DNA of 63,907 bases, filler included, from Pelomyxa schiedti (lineage: Eukaryota > Protista > Evosea), in NCBI GenBank assembly GCA_020536535.1. It is 16 parts of 16 records of this genome, joined end to end, with 100 filler letters (N's around TTAATTAATTAA, not from the genome) between each part and the next. Parts side by side here need not be neighbours in the genome. Positions count along the whole stretch, not along the records: positions 1 to 5,586 come from JAHLWZ010001485.1; positions 5,687 to 7,850 come from JAHLWZ010002098.1; positions 7,951 to 9,886 come from JAHLWZ010002205.1; positions 9,987 to 11,179 come from JAHLWZ010002716.1; positions 11,280 to 13,592 come from JAHLWZ010002037.1; 11 more parts are not named here. One strand, written 5' to 3'. Position 1 is the first letter of the stretch. Every line of letters begins with the position of its first letter. This document shows positions 1 through 12,914 of this stretch, one piece after another. Below the pieces are notes generated by a model that did not search any database, was not told the DNA's origin, and was given only the letters and a program-made list of their open reading frames with translations. A program made the translations under genes and the position numbers.

Positions 1-1385
1 TTCACTATTATACCCAGTAACACAGGGATCAAATAACCCCATCGTGTTTGTCTGGGACAAATAAGCAAGACCAGGCCTTTTGCAGTGAGGAATAACAGCT
101 AGGTGCAAACCACTTATCACCCCCGGGCAGTGATTTTTCACAGCTTTTGGACTGGATCACTGCCCAAAAAAACGGGGCAGAGCCGTTTACAGGAACTTGA
201 TCGGGAAAAAAAACACCGCCCATTGATCCAGATATGAAATGGGAGCCTCAAGTCATTGAGATGACAAATGACTCGCTTGAAAGACTGTTCCATGACATTG
301 AAGTATGGAACTCCCGGGCAGTACGAGTGTGTTATTTCCTTCTTCTCCTTTGTGACTGTGGGTGTAATCTCCCAATAGGTTGATTCACGCACCTTTCCTT
401 GTAAACTTTGTATTATTCGAGCTTGGTATGGTTATGACCAAGTCACTGCTAAGTGGGGTGTGGAAGTCACAAAAATGATACAGGATATGGTTAAGGGTGC
501 AGGGCGCTGCCACTTGCCAACAATAACACCAGCGAATGTGCTGCTTGAGAGAGGTTATTTTCTCTTTTGTGGGAAAATTCCTGCTGAACGTCAGTGACAG
601 ACCACTGTCTGCATTGGACAAAGAAACTGTGGATCAGATACAGATACAACGATCATCCAGAACAAACCCTGGTATGTGTAGAAAAGGGAGAGTGCTCAAT
701 ACCAGTGACCTTGTGTAACTGGCCAATTTGGGATGACCGTGCCTGCTCACTGTAACAAAAATAGACGTTTCAGTTCAAGTATCAAAACAAATCTGATACA
801 CAAATCAGAAAAAAACAGCTTAGGTGAAGAGGAAGGATTCAATGGTGTGATGATTGGGCGCCAACTAATGATGGCGTAGACCCTTCATGAGTAAATAATT
901 CGATTTTCTGGTTCAGATTTGACAGTTTCACAGTAAAATGACATTTGACCCTTTTCTCACGAGGGGCGCGACATCTTCATAAATCACCTGCACCCCACAA
1001 GGTGGGCACATTCTCATCAAACACAGCAACGGCAGGGACTCCCATCAGGAAGTCTGGGGAAATGAGGAAAAATAATTCGGCAAAAAGGAAAAAAAAAAGT
1101 GCACCAGATTGGTGAACTGTCGAATTTCCCCCCGATCGAACCAGAAAATTGAATTATTTACTCATTATTTACCCCTCTGTATCGTGTAAATAGTCAAGAC
1201 CAAGTTGTGATATCAAACAGCTAAGACAACAACACTATGCAACCTACAACGTCCCTCACCCAGGCAGCCCATCTTACCGGGCACATATGCGAAAGATCGC
1301 GATACTCGGAGTACAGATAGTTTCTCAATGGTCCAATTACGTCGATTCGGAATCTAACGTTTCAAAGCGTCTCTGGCTTCTACTG

Positions 1386-1997
1386 ATGCGAACCGGTAGC
1401 AAAAGGTCCTACGACGAAGGTGACGAAGACTACGAGGACCAGTACTACGACGAAGGTGACGAGGACTACGAGGAGCCCACAAGTACGCGCAGCCTTAAAC
1501 AAGGGAGAAAGGGTACTAAGAGCGCTGTGGAGCACGCTAACGCCCCGTCGACGTCGGCCACAAAGGGAGCCCTGTGCACGAGCACCACAGCTACAACGTC
1601 GAGGCGGAGCCCCTTGGGGCCAAGGCGGCACCACGTGGACGACGAAGAGGCGGAAGAGGCAGCGGAGACCGTAAGCAAAGGCCGGGCACTGGGTACTTGT
1701 TCGGGAGGAGCGAGCAGCAACAACAAGGTCACAAGGATCAGTGAGACCGACGCCATTGTGGTGCACAACGCCCTGCATGACGTCGTCGCCGCGCCCAAGG
1801 TCGCCGCTGGCGGCAGTGAGGACGATGACGATGACACGGATGGTGAGGAGGAGGGGCCAAGGGGAAGTCACGGCGAAAAGCCTGGGACAAAGAGAAAACA
1901 CAAGAAAAGTCATAAGAAATGCCAAACGCTGGAGACTGTGTATGCAATGGGCAGGGAATGGCCTGTGGAGTGGTCATCGGCGAACACATATAGGTAG
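1386..1997 (+). CDS. Acidic low-complexity exon (duplicated YDEGDEDYE, KRKHKKSHKK basic patch); possibly the first exon of the downstream PBZ-kinase gene
   Basis: GC-rich ORF from ATG 1386 ending at an AG|GTAG donor-like site; short exon/intron-like blocks follow toward 2715, but the linkage was not fully resolved. Confidence 0.45.
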   Translation: MRTGSKRSYDEGDEDYEDQYYDEGDEDYEEPTSTRSLKQGRKGTKSAVEHANAPSTSATKGALCTSTTATTSRRSPLGPRRHHVDDEEAEEAAETVSKGRALGTCSGGASSNNKVTRISETDAIVVHNALHDVVAAPKVAAGGSEDDDDDTDGEEEGPRGSHGEKPGTKRKHKKSHKKCQTLETVYAMGREWPVEWSSANTYR

Positions 1998-2714
1998 TCC
2001 TACATCTCATTTGACATCGTAATAGTGTTTTCCATTTTGACCGTGTTTAGGCAAGTCGTTTTTAGTGATGAATTGAAGCTGGCCACTCAGGTGTGAAACA
2101 ATTACCTCATTACTGACGTCTCACTTGAAGAGCACAGAACCCAAAGAAAGAAAATCATTGGGGAGAGATGGCAAAAAAGGGATCCAAAATAACTTGGTGT
2201 GGACAATGAAAGACACTATCCATTCACTTACACGCCAAAGGATTCAATGTCCAGACAGGTGGGGATGTGTTCTAGATGGAGTTATATTTAAGGTCCACCC
2301 ACTCTTGACTGCTATCCATTGTGCTAAAACAAACAATAGAAATGTAAAGCTCTTATCCCTGCCTCCAATGGCACTGAACATGCTCCAGCTAAAGAGCACC
2401 GTTCTCTAAATACTACTAGTAGCAGCATTGGTGAGGAAGTAACATCAGAATGTTCGCATGGAACTCCTGTAATACAACCCTCACAAAAGAGAAGTAGGAC
2501 TGATCAGAGTGTGAGTTTCCCATCTTAATTAAACTGGTGAATTTAATTTCAATTGTTTGCGAATCACCTTTCCAAATAGCCAACAACCTGTCGAATTGAG
2601 CCCACAAAAATACTTCCTAGTCCTACTGAAACACACTGCGACACTTCAGCAAGTGCATCTGATACAAGGTCAAGCTTACATTATTTCCACGGTTGTTCTC
2701 ACCCTTAAAAACAG

Positions 2715-4301
2715 ACCAATGTGTATTTATGGAAATATGTGCTACAGAAAAAATCCCGAGCATTTACAGAGATTCCAGCACCCTAAAAAAATTGAGCACC
2801 CCAGTCTACCAACTTTGATCACCGATCTGAAGCCCGTCAAAGACAATAATTGTATCGCTTTTATTCATGCTTTCCTATAATAATACCTTGGTTTCAGCTA
2901 CTGCTCAGGAGGCAGAAATACAACCCTTTCCAGATGTACATATTATCAAGCCCTCTGACATAATTACGGGAGAGAAGCTTGGTGCTGGCTCTTTTGGGGA
3001 GGTAGTTGAACTCTGTGTGCATTGTGAAATTTTGACTGAAGCAGGTCAGGAAAGCTACATGGAATCACCGGGATGTTGCAATAAAAATCATGCACAAGCA
3101 AGACGAAAAATCTAAGGCAATGTTTCTAAAAGAGGCTGCATTAATGTGGTCTGTTCCCCACACTGTATCCCAGAATATTAACAACTGTTGTTTAAGCAAA
3201 TGCAAACATATAAACATTGTACGTTGTCATGGAGTGTGTACTGAACCCACTTTATCAATTGTGATGGAATATCTGCCTCAATCACTTATCAAAGTTGTAA
3301 AAAATCTTGGAGGACGACTATTAGGGACCTCAGAAGTTTTATTTTTTGCATGTGGCATAGCACAAGGTGTTGAGTACTTACATTCTTTGCATCCCCAAAT
3401 CATTCACAGGTCTTTTTTACAAAATGCCAATTAAGTGCAATTGACATTTTTAGGGACTTGAAGGTAGTCTTTTCTTTTGAACCAAAGAAATCAATTGTAA
3501 TGGAATTCTCCAGCCTGATAATATCCTTCTGGATGATCACAACACACCCAAGGTTTCCTTTTCCTTGTCGTTTTTTTTTGTGCAAAGCTACAGAAATTGA
3601 CCTTCTTTCCAAAAAATCGATTTAAAGTAGATTTGTGATTTCGGTTTTTGACTTCAAGGTTTCTCTCTATACTCATCAGGTCCCCCAGGTGTGTCTCGAG
3701 AAAGAGCAGAAGAAGACCTTACAATGACAAAAATTGGGACTCCTTTGTACTGTATGGTTTTACTAGTGGTAGTTTTAAACAAATTTTTTGTTAGGTGCTC
3801 CTGAAGTGATGACACTTGGGAAATATAATGAAAAGGTACATTGAAAGTGGTAATTGTGGAACAATCATTTTCTCTGAAGGCCGATGTATATTCCTTTGGG
3901 ATGCTTTTGTTCTTCATGGTTACTGGAAACCACCCTTTTGCCTCTGAAGGTTTCTAAAAGAATTGTGAAAATGCTAACACACTTTTTCTGTACTTAGGAG
4001 TCCTCTCCGGTTATCAGATAATGCTCAAGGTACCCTTTTAAGAGGAAATTAAGCATTCCCCACGTCGCTCCACTCAATTTTTACACAGGTTGCTGTCAAC
4101 CACCAAAGACCTGAAATTCCCACCACTTGTGAGCAGTTCCTTGCTTCCCTGATACACAAATGTTGGGGTATGCAAGGGCACCAAAATTCACATAATTATT
4201 TTTGACCCATAACATACACAGACAAGGACCCCAACACCAGGCCCACTATGGCACAAGTCAAACAACAACTTGAAGAGTTTTCTGTACCATTTAAACACTG
4301 A
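2715..4301 (+). CDS. TKL-group Ser/Thr protein kinase with an N-terminal PBZ zinc finger (multi-exon)
   Basis: PBZ-like PMCIYGNMCYRKNPEHLQRFQHP. Removing GT-AG introns gives GEKLGAGSFGE-VRKATW..VAIK, IIHRDLKPDNILL, ICDFG, IGTPLYCAPE, ADVYSFG, CWDKDPNTRP; stop TGA 4299-4301. Confidence 0.9.
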
Positions 4302-4376
4302 CCCGAATGAGAGCTAATAACATCATTCTTGAATTTAGCTGTAAATTATCCTTTCGGAAACAAAACCGACCGAACT

Positions 4377-5586
4377 ATGAGCACGTCGTATCAGGAGTGG
4401 TTGCAGCGGGATCGAGGGAGTTTGGAGGCACGTGTGGCGGAGGCGTATCGATTATGGGAGTCGTGTGTGATGTGTGGTCGACGGTGTACTGTCAATAGAT
4501 TAAATGGTACCAACTAAACTGAAACCTGGAATATCCCACTGACTTTTTTGTTTGTTTTTTGGTTTTTTTTTCGTTTCCTACATAGGGAGCATGGGATACT
4601 GCAAGGCTCCTCGGAATGCCTTCGTGTGCATATTTACTTTTTGGTTTTGGCTTTTCCTTATGAGGGGTAGCTTTGTTCATGGAACCCTCACTATGGAGAA
4701 GAACCCCCTTTGGTTGGGAGATACGGCTCAGGAACTGTATTCTACCATACAAAAATCAAGCCTAACTGTTCTCAAGATATTTTTCAGTTCATGCAATCTT
4801 CTTTGTGTTTTTTGCCAAAATGATGACATATCCCATGGACGTGAGGGTAAAGAGTATACCCCTGCACAGCTTTCTGATATTGTAAGTACTTGACAATAAA
4901 ATGCAGCTCAACAACACTTATTTATGGAGCATTGCAAAGATCAATCCGTATTTTCTACCAACCCCTTTAGATGCTCTCATTGCAAAATCAAAGGCGATGC
5001 CACAACATCAATTTAGTGACCCCGTCTCATCAGTTGCCCCCCATTTTGGAAGCCATTGTTCTTGCGGCTAAAGTAAAATGTTACTCGTTCATTTTAACTC
5101 TAACAGATTAAGGCTGGTTTGGATATTCCAATAGTTTGGAATTGTGGTGGTTATGAAAGCCTGCAAGCTCTGCACCTCTTAGATGGAATTGTTGATGTTC
5201 GTCTAAACCCCACTTTTTCCCATGTTGGGGCTAATAGAGTAAAGATATACATGCCCGATTTCAAATTCTGGGAATCAGATCCTGCCAGAAGATTTATGAA
5301 CACCCCAGACTATCGTGAGGTGGCCTGCACAGCAATAAAGGAGATGCATCGGCAGGTTAATGACATGGAATTGTGGCTTTGCTCCTACTAGCCCACAGGT
5401 GGGTGTGTTGAAGCTTGACTTCTCTGGAATCGCCAAAAGAGGCGTGCTTATAAGGTTTCTGGGAATGCGATTGTTAGCAAACTTGGGAGTTTATTGAAAG
5501 GCGATTACAGGCATTTGGTCATGCCCAATGGTCTTGCGGGGACAAGACAGCTTGTCCAGTGGATTGCAGCTGAGCTGTCACCAAAG
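4377..5586 (+). CDS. pflX: PflX-family radical SAM protein (putative PFL-activating-enzyme-like), intron-containing, 3' truncated at contig end
   Basis: Spliced protein has CVMCGRRCTVNR, PHYGEEPPLVGRYGSGTIFFSSCNLLCVFCQN (CxxxCxxC), HNINLVTPSH, PIVWNCGGYES, DIYMPDFKF, GVLIRHLVMP; eight GT-AG introns. Confidence 0.9.
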
Positions 5587-5686
5587 NNNNNNNNNNNNNN
5601 NNNNNNNNNNNNNNNNNNNNNNNNNNNNNNTTAATTAATTAANNNNNNNNNNNNNNNNNNNNNNNNNNNNNNNNNNNNNNNNNNNN
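5587..5686. other. Artificial contig linker N44-TTAATTAATTAA-N44 (first of 15)
   Basis: Identical 100-nt spacers also start at 7851, 9887, 11180, 13593, 18792, 20751, 23044, 24226, 27203, 29459, 31222, 40386, 46215 and 48787. Confidence 0.98.
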
Positions 5687-8329
5687 TGACACTGGGTGTG
5701 GGAAGACAGGATTGGGTAAGACACAGTTGGCTAAAGCTGGCTGTGTCAAAGGAATGAGAGACAATGCAGGGTGAGGTAAATCATGGGATAAAACAGGTTG
5801 AGGCAAAACCCGGGGTGTAAAAGTGCTCACCAGGACTGTGCAGGATATATTGATCTGGCTTGTGCAACGCAGTGTCCATAGGTTGTGCTTATGGTTGGAA
5901 ATTTTTGCCTCATCTAGCCTTTGAGTCTTTCCACTCAGGGCGTTCATAGAACAAGTGTTAGTGTTGGCAAATCTTGGTATATTCAGAGCTTTCTACAATG
6001 AATTCCGTTACTAACGATCTCATCCAAAAGGGTTCTGCAATGTGCCTGCAGGGAAATCGAATTTACCGATATAAAATCATTTAGGCTTGATAAACTGATT
6101 CACCGGTTCTTTGACAATTCTGAAAATTGATACACAGATTTGCGTTTAATCAGTGTGAACAGACAGTGCAACCAAAACACTAGTATGTATTCCTCACTTA
6201 AAAATGATGTTTTCAATGACTATTAAATTGAAAATTTCTTTCTCAGAGTAATTCTTCAACCTCTATGAGCATTAACTGCTTATAAAACGCAAATACAAAT
6301 GGAAACGTCATTTATGTTGCAAGATGCATGCTGCCAGTGCCAAAAATGTGTGCTTCAGTGCTGGGAATATCTGGTTGAGTACAGGAACTCCGCAAAACAG
6401 GGAGAGGACTTTCCACATTGCTGCATGTTTGTATTGCAGGACTCCAACACACAACTAGAATGTACTTCTTTCCACTGGCATTGGATTCCAACACCCTATA
6501 GGACCTTCCATTTGCCCATGTCGCGGCATTGTGAATTAGAAAAGGATTGGTATCCACTGTTTTTCATCCCTGGTGTTTTGTCGGCTTGAACCTCCAGTGT
6601 AGATTGCTGTAGCTTCCTGTATTCAGTGTTTCCTTTGCAAAGGACCCTCAAATGTATGTAAACAGTCAAAAACAACTAATAATTATATTAATTGTTCGAG
6701 TCTGAGACTGTAAAACCCAGAGTTCTCAAGTCTTAGACTTTGTACTGAATAAATGACAACTCAAATCAAGTAAGTGGTGACATTAGATTTGTATCTTTCT
6801 AAAACTACAATCAACTTTTGAATTTCCGGCATACCTAGAGTTCCTTGTTACAATTCTACTACTAATATTTCCCAAGTCTTTGATACAGAGAGTCAAAGTC
6901 ATGGCGAAATCACCAAGATTGGAATGATCCTACAATCTCTGAGTTGATGTACCGCTAAACAAACAATATTCCTCTCTTCTAGTATGTACACTACGAAATT
7001 GTTGTCTTTATTTAAAACTATAACAAAGGTTTTTTTGACATTGGCAGGGGAATGTGTGAAATGTTTATTGAAGGGCCAGAATTATACCTCTGGCTTTCCA
7101 GAGATAGTAGTGACTGGGGTTGGTAAGTATCCATGCTCACACATTGTATATTCTGCCATCAGTGATAACGCAAGATGTATTGGCTGTGAATTAAGGTGGT
7201 AATTAATTTTGATACCAAAATTTTATTCTATTCTAGGAAAGAATTGAATGTAGGGTATAGTATTGAAGGGAAATGAATAACCGGAAGTGAAGGGAATGTC
7301 CTTCTTAGGTTGTTGTTTGCCGGTTCATAATGAAAATCATTTAATAAACAGAGAAGGCCTTTGCGTTTTGGGTTTTTAGAGCAAGAATATATGAGTCGTT
7401 GCAACATAAGAAAGCAACCCCACCTGTTTTATTTGCTAGTTGTTGGTTTCCTTACCGGCGTGTAAACAGCACCCCCCATAATTATGTTAACAAGCGTTAG
7501 TGTAAGAGCAAAATCGCTGTACAATTCACGGAGACGGCGTTGACGCGTTGCCGTTGGTCTGCGATGTCGGGTGATGGTAATGGTCAGTAGCGGTCGATAA
7601 ATCATGAGGTTGCCGTGGTATGGTATGCGGAACGTTTCGGTGGTGGTGGTAGTAGAGTGTAAAAATGCACGTAGATACGTCGGCGTCGGTCCGCGGATGG
7701 TGCGGTGAGGCCGGAGTTGTCGGGTGAAACTTGTGGGAGAGTTTCCTGTGGTGCCGGCATGTTGCCGGACATCGGGTCGATGGTGCCGAGACCGCGTCGA
7801 TGTCGCGGATGTATGTGCGTTGTCACTGGTGCATTTTTTTTTTTTTTTTTNNNNNNNNNNNNNNNNNNNNNNNNNNNNNNNNNNNNNNNNNNNNTTAATT
7901 AATTAANNNNNNNNNNNNNNNNNNNNNNNNNNNNNNNNNNNNNNNNNNNNGTTGCTATCGTGGAACCCGCTGCAGTGCCTGGTTTCAGCTTCACACACTA
8001 CCGGCAGGTTTTTATTCATTGCTTTTTCAACATTATTAAGTACGTATACAGTACAGGTATGGATTCCAGGACCAATGAGAGCCAAAAGATGGGGCACACA
8101 CGCTCTTACAGCAGAAACAGGAAGCATCCAAAGAGGAAAACCACCAAGAAACCCACAAGTACAAAACCAAACAAAAAAAAAGAGTTAAAAAAGAAACAGG
8201 CCGGTATTATCTCGGTGGCTGGGGTAACTTGGGGTGAGCCGATAGGGGTAACAGCAACAAAAATCATCCCCGGTAGCCAAAAAACGTCCACTTTTCGTTG
8301 CCGTTAGGGGCAACGGCAACGAGAGGATT

Positions 8330-9796
8330 ATGCATGGCATAGACTTTATGCAACCAGACTCTTACATTGGCATCTTTCGAATCCAACTTAGGTATTTTCA
8401 AGTGGCCTTTGCCTTCCTTCCTAAGCTTGAACTGAGCTGTTTTGCAGAGAACAGCACTGAAACCAACTATCTTTGCAAAGCCAGAATTATCTACCACCTG
8501 CGTTCTCCTGCAGTTCAGTACCCTGCTGCCAAGTCAGCAGTGAGACCATTGAAGGTTTGTGTTTGTTTCTTCGTTTATATTGAATAACTGGATTTAGGAA
8601 GTAATTGAATCCCCTGTGGTCCAAAACATGAGAATAAAATCGGAAAAGGTTGTACGTCTTCAAGATACCCCCATTGATGGCCTGGTGCTGAAGTTCAATG
8701 TTCTATACAAAAAGGCAGCGCTGTTCAGATCTGCAACAAAAGATTACCAGCTGGTGGCACTTGCGTGGGTTGAAGACCACCCTGAGGGTGGTAAAGTGGA
8801 GGGCCTCAACAACTACCTTCACACTGTGGCTGCAGAGCACCCTGATTGGACCGCGAAGGCAGCTGCACCCAAATCAAGGAGGCGAGCTGTACACGACTTG
8901 CCACCAACAACCCCTCCTCACCACTGTTAGCTTCTGTGGGAAGAGAATAAAGCCCCACAGAGGGAAAAGAACGAAAGAGAGTGAGAGTGCAAAGGTTCTC
9001 TTCTTTGTTCTCGTGCTTGGGTTGCACGTGTTCAAAGGATAATTAATTTGGTGCAGTTAGGTGCGGTTAGCTTCGAAGCCACGCTGTTGTCCAATTCTCA
9101 GTCAAGATTGCCTCAGAATCAATCACCACTGCAGTCCGCATTAGTGTGTTCTGTGTCTCATCAGATCGTCACTGCCTTATTCCAGTAATTCCATCAAGCC
9201 CGCATTGGATCTCGAGAGTCGAGATTCGTACAGAGTCCGCAGAGTGTCCATAGAGCTAAAGCTCGTGTACTTGCTAAAGTACACACTGCCCACATAGACC
9301 ACACTCAATTGGCCCCAGAACACAATCCCCAAATGATGTCCCACCACCCCCAGAAAACAGTTCACCTCCTGCCACGCTGCCACCACTTCCTAAGTTAAAC
9401 ACTGTGCCACTGCCCCACACCCCGAAGCAACAACTGCAACCAGAGCTACAGCCACATTCAGAGCCACAGCCACAGCCACAGCCGCAGCAGATTCAAGTGC
9501 CCCCACGGCCATTGGTTCATGTGCCACCTCCGATGCCCAATAAACCACAACCCCAAACGCAGTCAAAGCCACAGACACCTCCCCAGCAACCCTCTAAGGC
9601 GAACGTATCACCCAGTAAGCCGGCATCTCCTTATTCACCACATTATGCGACTTTCGATATGGATGCTTACATCAGGAACTCATTTTCTGATCCCAATCAC
9701 CCACCAGCAAGAGAGAGCACTCAGGCGGAAATCGATGCCGGTAGGGCATATCTGGGTCAAAGGGTGGCTGTTTTTTTCCCTATCACTTTCCTGTAA
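8330..9796 (+). CDS. Hypothetical multi-exon protein with Pro/Gln-rich C-terminal part
   Basis: ORFs 8330-8587 and 8616-8930 join through an AAG|GTTTGT...TAG intron; P/Q-rich ORF 9404-9796. No family recognised. Confidence 0.4.
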
Positions 9797-9886
9797 AAAA
9801 AGCCGCCCAGCCGCCCCCTCAAAACAGCCGCCCGGCGGCTGTTTTAATAAGGAAAAAAAAATAAAACAGCCGCCCGGGCGGCTGTT
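9797..9886. repeat. Tandem GC-rich palindromes (AAAACAGCCGCCCGGCGGCTGTTTT; AACAGCCGCCCGGGCGGCTGTT) at contig end
   Basis: Directly visible inverted symmetry; the core AGCCGCCCGGCGG recurs near 19680-19695. Confidence 0.75.
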
Positions 9887-9986
9887 NNNNNNNNNNNNNN
9901 NNNNNNNNNNNNNNNNNNNNNNNNNNNNNNTTAATTAATTAANNNNNNNNNNNNNNNNNNNNNNNNNNNNNNNNNNNNNNNNNNNN

Positions 9987-10885
9987 CTCAACACCCTTTG
10001 GTGCCCAGTTCCATCCATGAACAAGTAAGGAAAGGCCACTAAATTAATCCCCAAGGGTGGTTTCGTGTACTCCCGCTTCCTGACAACCACCCTTGAGGAT
10101 TCTGCAAAGCTCTTTGCCAGGTCTAGGGTCATTACGACCATTCCATTGCAATCTGATGTAAGCATTGACGCCTCGTCACCAAGCCCAATGAGGTCGGGCT
10201 CTGTGTGCGAGAACACAAAATCACTTCTTTCCATAACAGCTTTGAAAGTGGGTCCCCCAAAAATCTCTTTTGAAGATACAGACGCACCGGCTGCGGAATT
10301 GCATTCTCCTCCTCCACAGCATGGCTGTGGCACCCTGAGAAGGTAGAGGGCATCAAATCCCCAAACCAGAGCCCACTTGTGGTTCGACCACACTTTGATT
10401 GGCCTCTTCCTCATGGTGTGGAGTGTCACCCTGGGAATGGACGGGCTTGTTGCATCCACGACCCGCAAGTGGTGGCCGTTGCTGTCACACTGGAAAACCA
10501 GAAGCCCGGCGGAGCTGCCACTGCCGCTGGGGCAAGGCCAGGACATTATCGTGTGGCACATTGGCCACTCCTGGCTCTCCACGGTGCTGATGATCCCCAG
10601 TGTGTGGCCAATGGAAACCATTGTCGCCGAGCCGGAATTGCCGGTGGTCGTCACGAGGAACCGCCTGGCGGGCCTGAGCACCCAGCCCTCGCCGATGAGC
10701 CTCGCCACGTCGTTCGTGACGCGAGCGCGGATTGTGGGTTTCCTCGGGTGGCACAGCGCCAGGCACATCGCGACGCATTGGTCTCTCGCGTCAAGCACGC
10801 GTTCAATGGACACGTAGATAGGCGCGTCGCCGCTATACATCCGCAAGATCTCTGATCGACCTCTTCTGGTTATTGATGTATCCAT
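9987..10885 (-). CDS. QF-HxRCG family protein (divergent member), 3' truncated
   Basis: Intronless ORF with ARDQCVAMCLALCHPR, VSIGHTLGII, SNHKWALV and TLDLAKSF motifs shared with other members. Confidence 0.7.
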
Positions 10886-11279
10886 CTAGCAGAAACAAGA
10901 AATGGGTGCCAGTAAAAGCCGTAGTAACGGCGCCTTCGCTAAGAAGAACAACTCAATGAAAGAGTTGCCGCACGTGACACGAACTGAGCCAGCGGTATCT
11001 GGCGAACACCAGCCCCCACAGAAACAACAGGCACCACAGCACAAACAACCGGCGAGTACACCACCAAGGGGCTCACGCTTCTTACGCAGGCGGCTGGAGG
11101 GGGACACGCAGAGGCAATGTGTCTCTTGGCTGAGTTACACCGCGATGGAAGGTGCGGGTTGGCGAGGGACCTGGACAGGNNNNNNNNNNNNNNNNNNNNN
11201 NNNNNNNNNNNNNNNNNNNNNNNTTAATTAATTAANNNNNNNNNNNNNNNNNNNNNNNNNNNNNNNNNNNNNNNNNNNN

Positions 11280-12018
11280 ACATCGCCTCTGCGGCGCGGA
11301 ACAGGTCGAGGTGGCGGGCCCAGGGGTCGCCGTGGGCGCCGTGGGCGTCGATGGGGTCGCCGCACTGGCACCGCGGGCGGGCGTCGGCCAGCCACCCGGG
11401 CAGCACCACCATGTCCCACACAACACGCGAAACATTCAACACGTGGCTGGCCCGCCGGGAGATTCCTCCAGTGCAGTCAGGGCAAGAGGTACCACAAGTG
11501 CGGTCGGCGATGGACTGCATTGATGTGTGTGCTGAAAGTGATTTCTGTGTGTTTGCAGTTTCGTGGAAATCGAAGGAATCGTGGCTGTTGGTGCCACATG
11601 CATCTTTGACCAGCCACTCTGGGCATTTCGCCCGAGGCCTGAGTGTCACGAATTCGTGGAACATGGATTGACTTCCACTGTAGACAGGATCATCACCGAG
11701 AATCTCATTATGCCATCAACCTCCGGAACAGAAACAAAGTGGTGTGGGTCAACAACAGCACTGTGCGTCCCACAAGTTCCAGATGCCGCTAAAACACGTC
11801 CCAGTAATGGTGCCCGCACCAAACCAAACACAACCTCGGAATCGCGGAGGCACCGGTCCCACAATGGCGTGGTGGCGAGCTGCGACACGCACACTAAGTG
11901 GCGAGCGGTGACGCCATCCCCAGAGTGGTGCTGCCCCAAGATCTTGCCACATATCGTACACATTAACATTATGGGTTGCTCTAGGAGGTTGCGCCAAACA
12001 CTACAACTTTCACTCTGA
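11280..12018 (-). pseudogene. Degenerate repeat-family coding fragments (ARHL..LWDR..PLLG; VSRVVWDMVV..LFRAAEAM)
   Basis: Two overlapping minus-strand frames; the first resembles the QF-family motif order. Not a clean ORF. Confidence 0.3.
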
Positions 12019-12914
12019 TCCTTGGGAAAATTTTGCGCCGTCTCCCAGCCAAAAAAAGAAGAGAAAAACAATAATAAAACACAACAAACACAACAATAAA
12101 AAAAAGGTGAGAGGTATAGAGCCTCCATGGCGTCCCACTGTTTGCTGGGAATTATGAGCCTCCACACAGCAGCATTATCTCTGAGACATTCAATCTCTCC
12201 CACTCTTGTGTTGCAAATTGCTGTGCTTGTAGGTAGATCTGTACTCTCCTTGAAATAATCCGTCCAACTAACGCAATATCAAGATATGGTGATATGCTTT
12301 TTTGGGTGAAAAAACTTGGTATGATAGCTTATTGTAGTAATCCGTTGTTACACTCTAGGCCTGAAAGCCTTTTCTATTTTATTGGATATACCCCCATAGA
12401 GATTTACTAGTGGCTTCATGTTAATTAGACACAGCAGCGGTGTATGACAGTAAGGACTGCATGTCAGTTACATGAACCGCTGAAGTATGTTTCGCTTTTG
12501 TTCTTGGTGGGCCTTAAGTGTCATAAATAGCCAGACTGAGATCTCCGCGGCACTATCCAAATGCCGCTCATGCTCTTTTCTTTCCATTGAATTACGAATG
12601 TTATCTGTTTTTCACACCCGCTTCTCATTGAAAAAGTCAGCCGGTACATTATATCTCATTAAAATACAACAAAATTACCGGCCACTGCACGTTGCACTCT
12701 GATTCACAACATTTTATCTCCAAACATAAAACTGACACTTGCAATACTATTCATTGAGGGTAAAATAAACTCCCACAAATCATCCACTCCTCAGACACTC
12801 ACTTGAACTTCACATTCCACGCGGAACGTTCTCGCTTCTAGATCAAACAGACAGAAATTGTCAATAAAAATAAAACCGAAAACAGCACTGGTTTTTAGTG
12901 ACGCGTTTCCTTCT

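Noticed and set aside
5687-7850. Possible minus-strand gene(s)
   Set aside because: Exon-like fragments exist but no consistent model or family could be supported.
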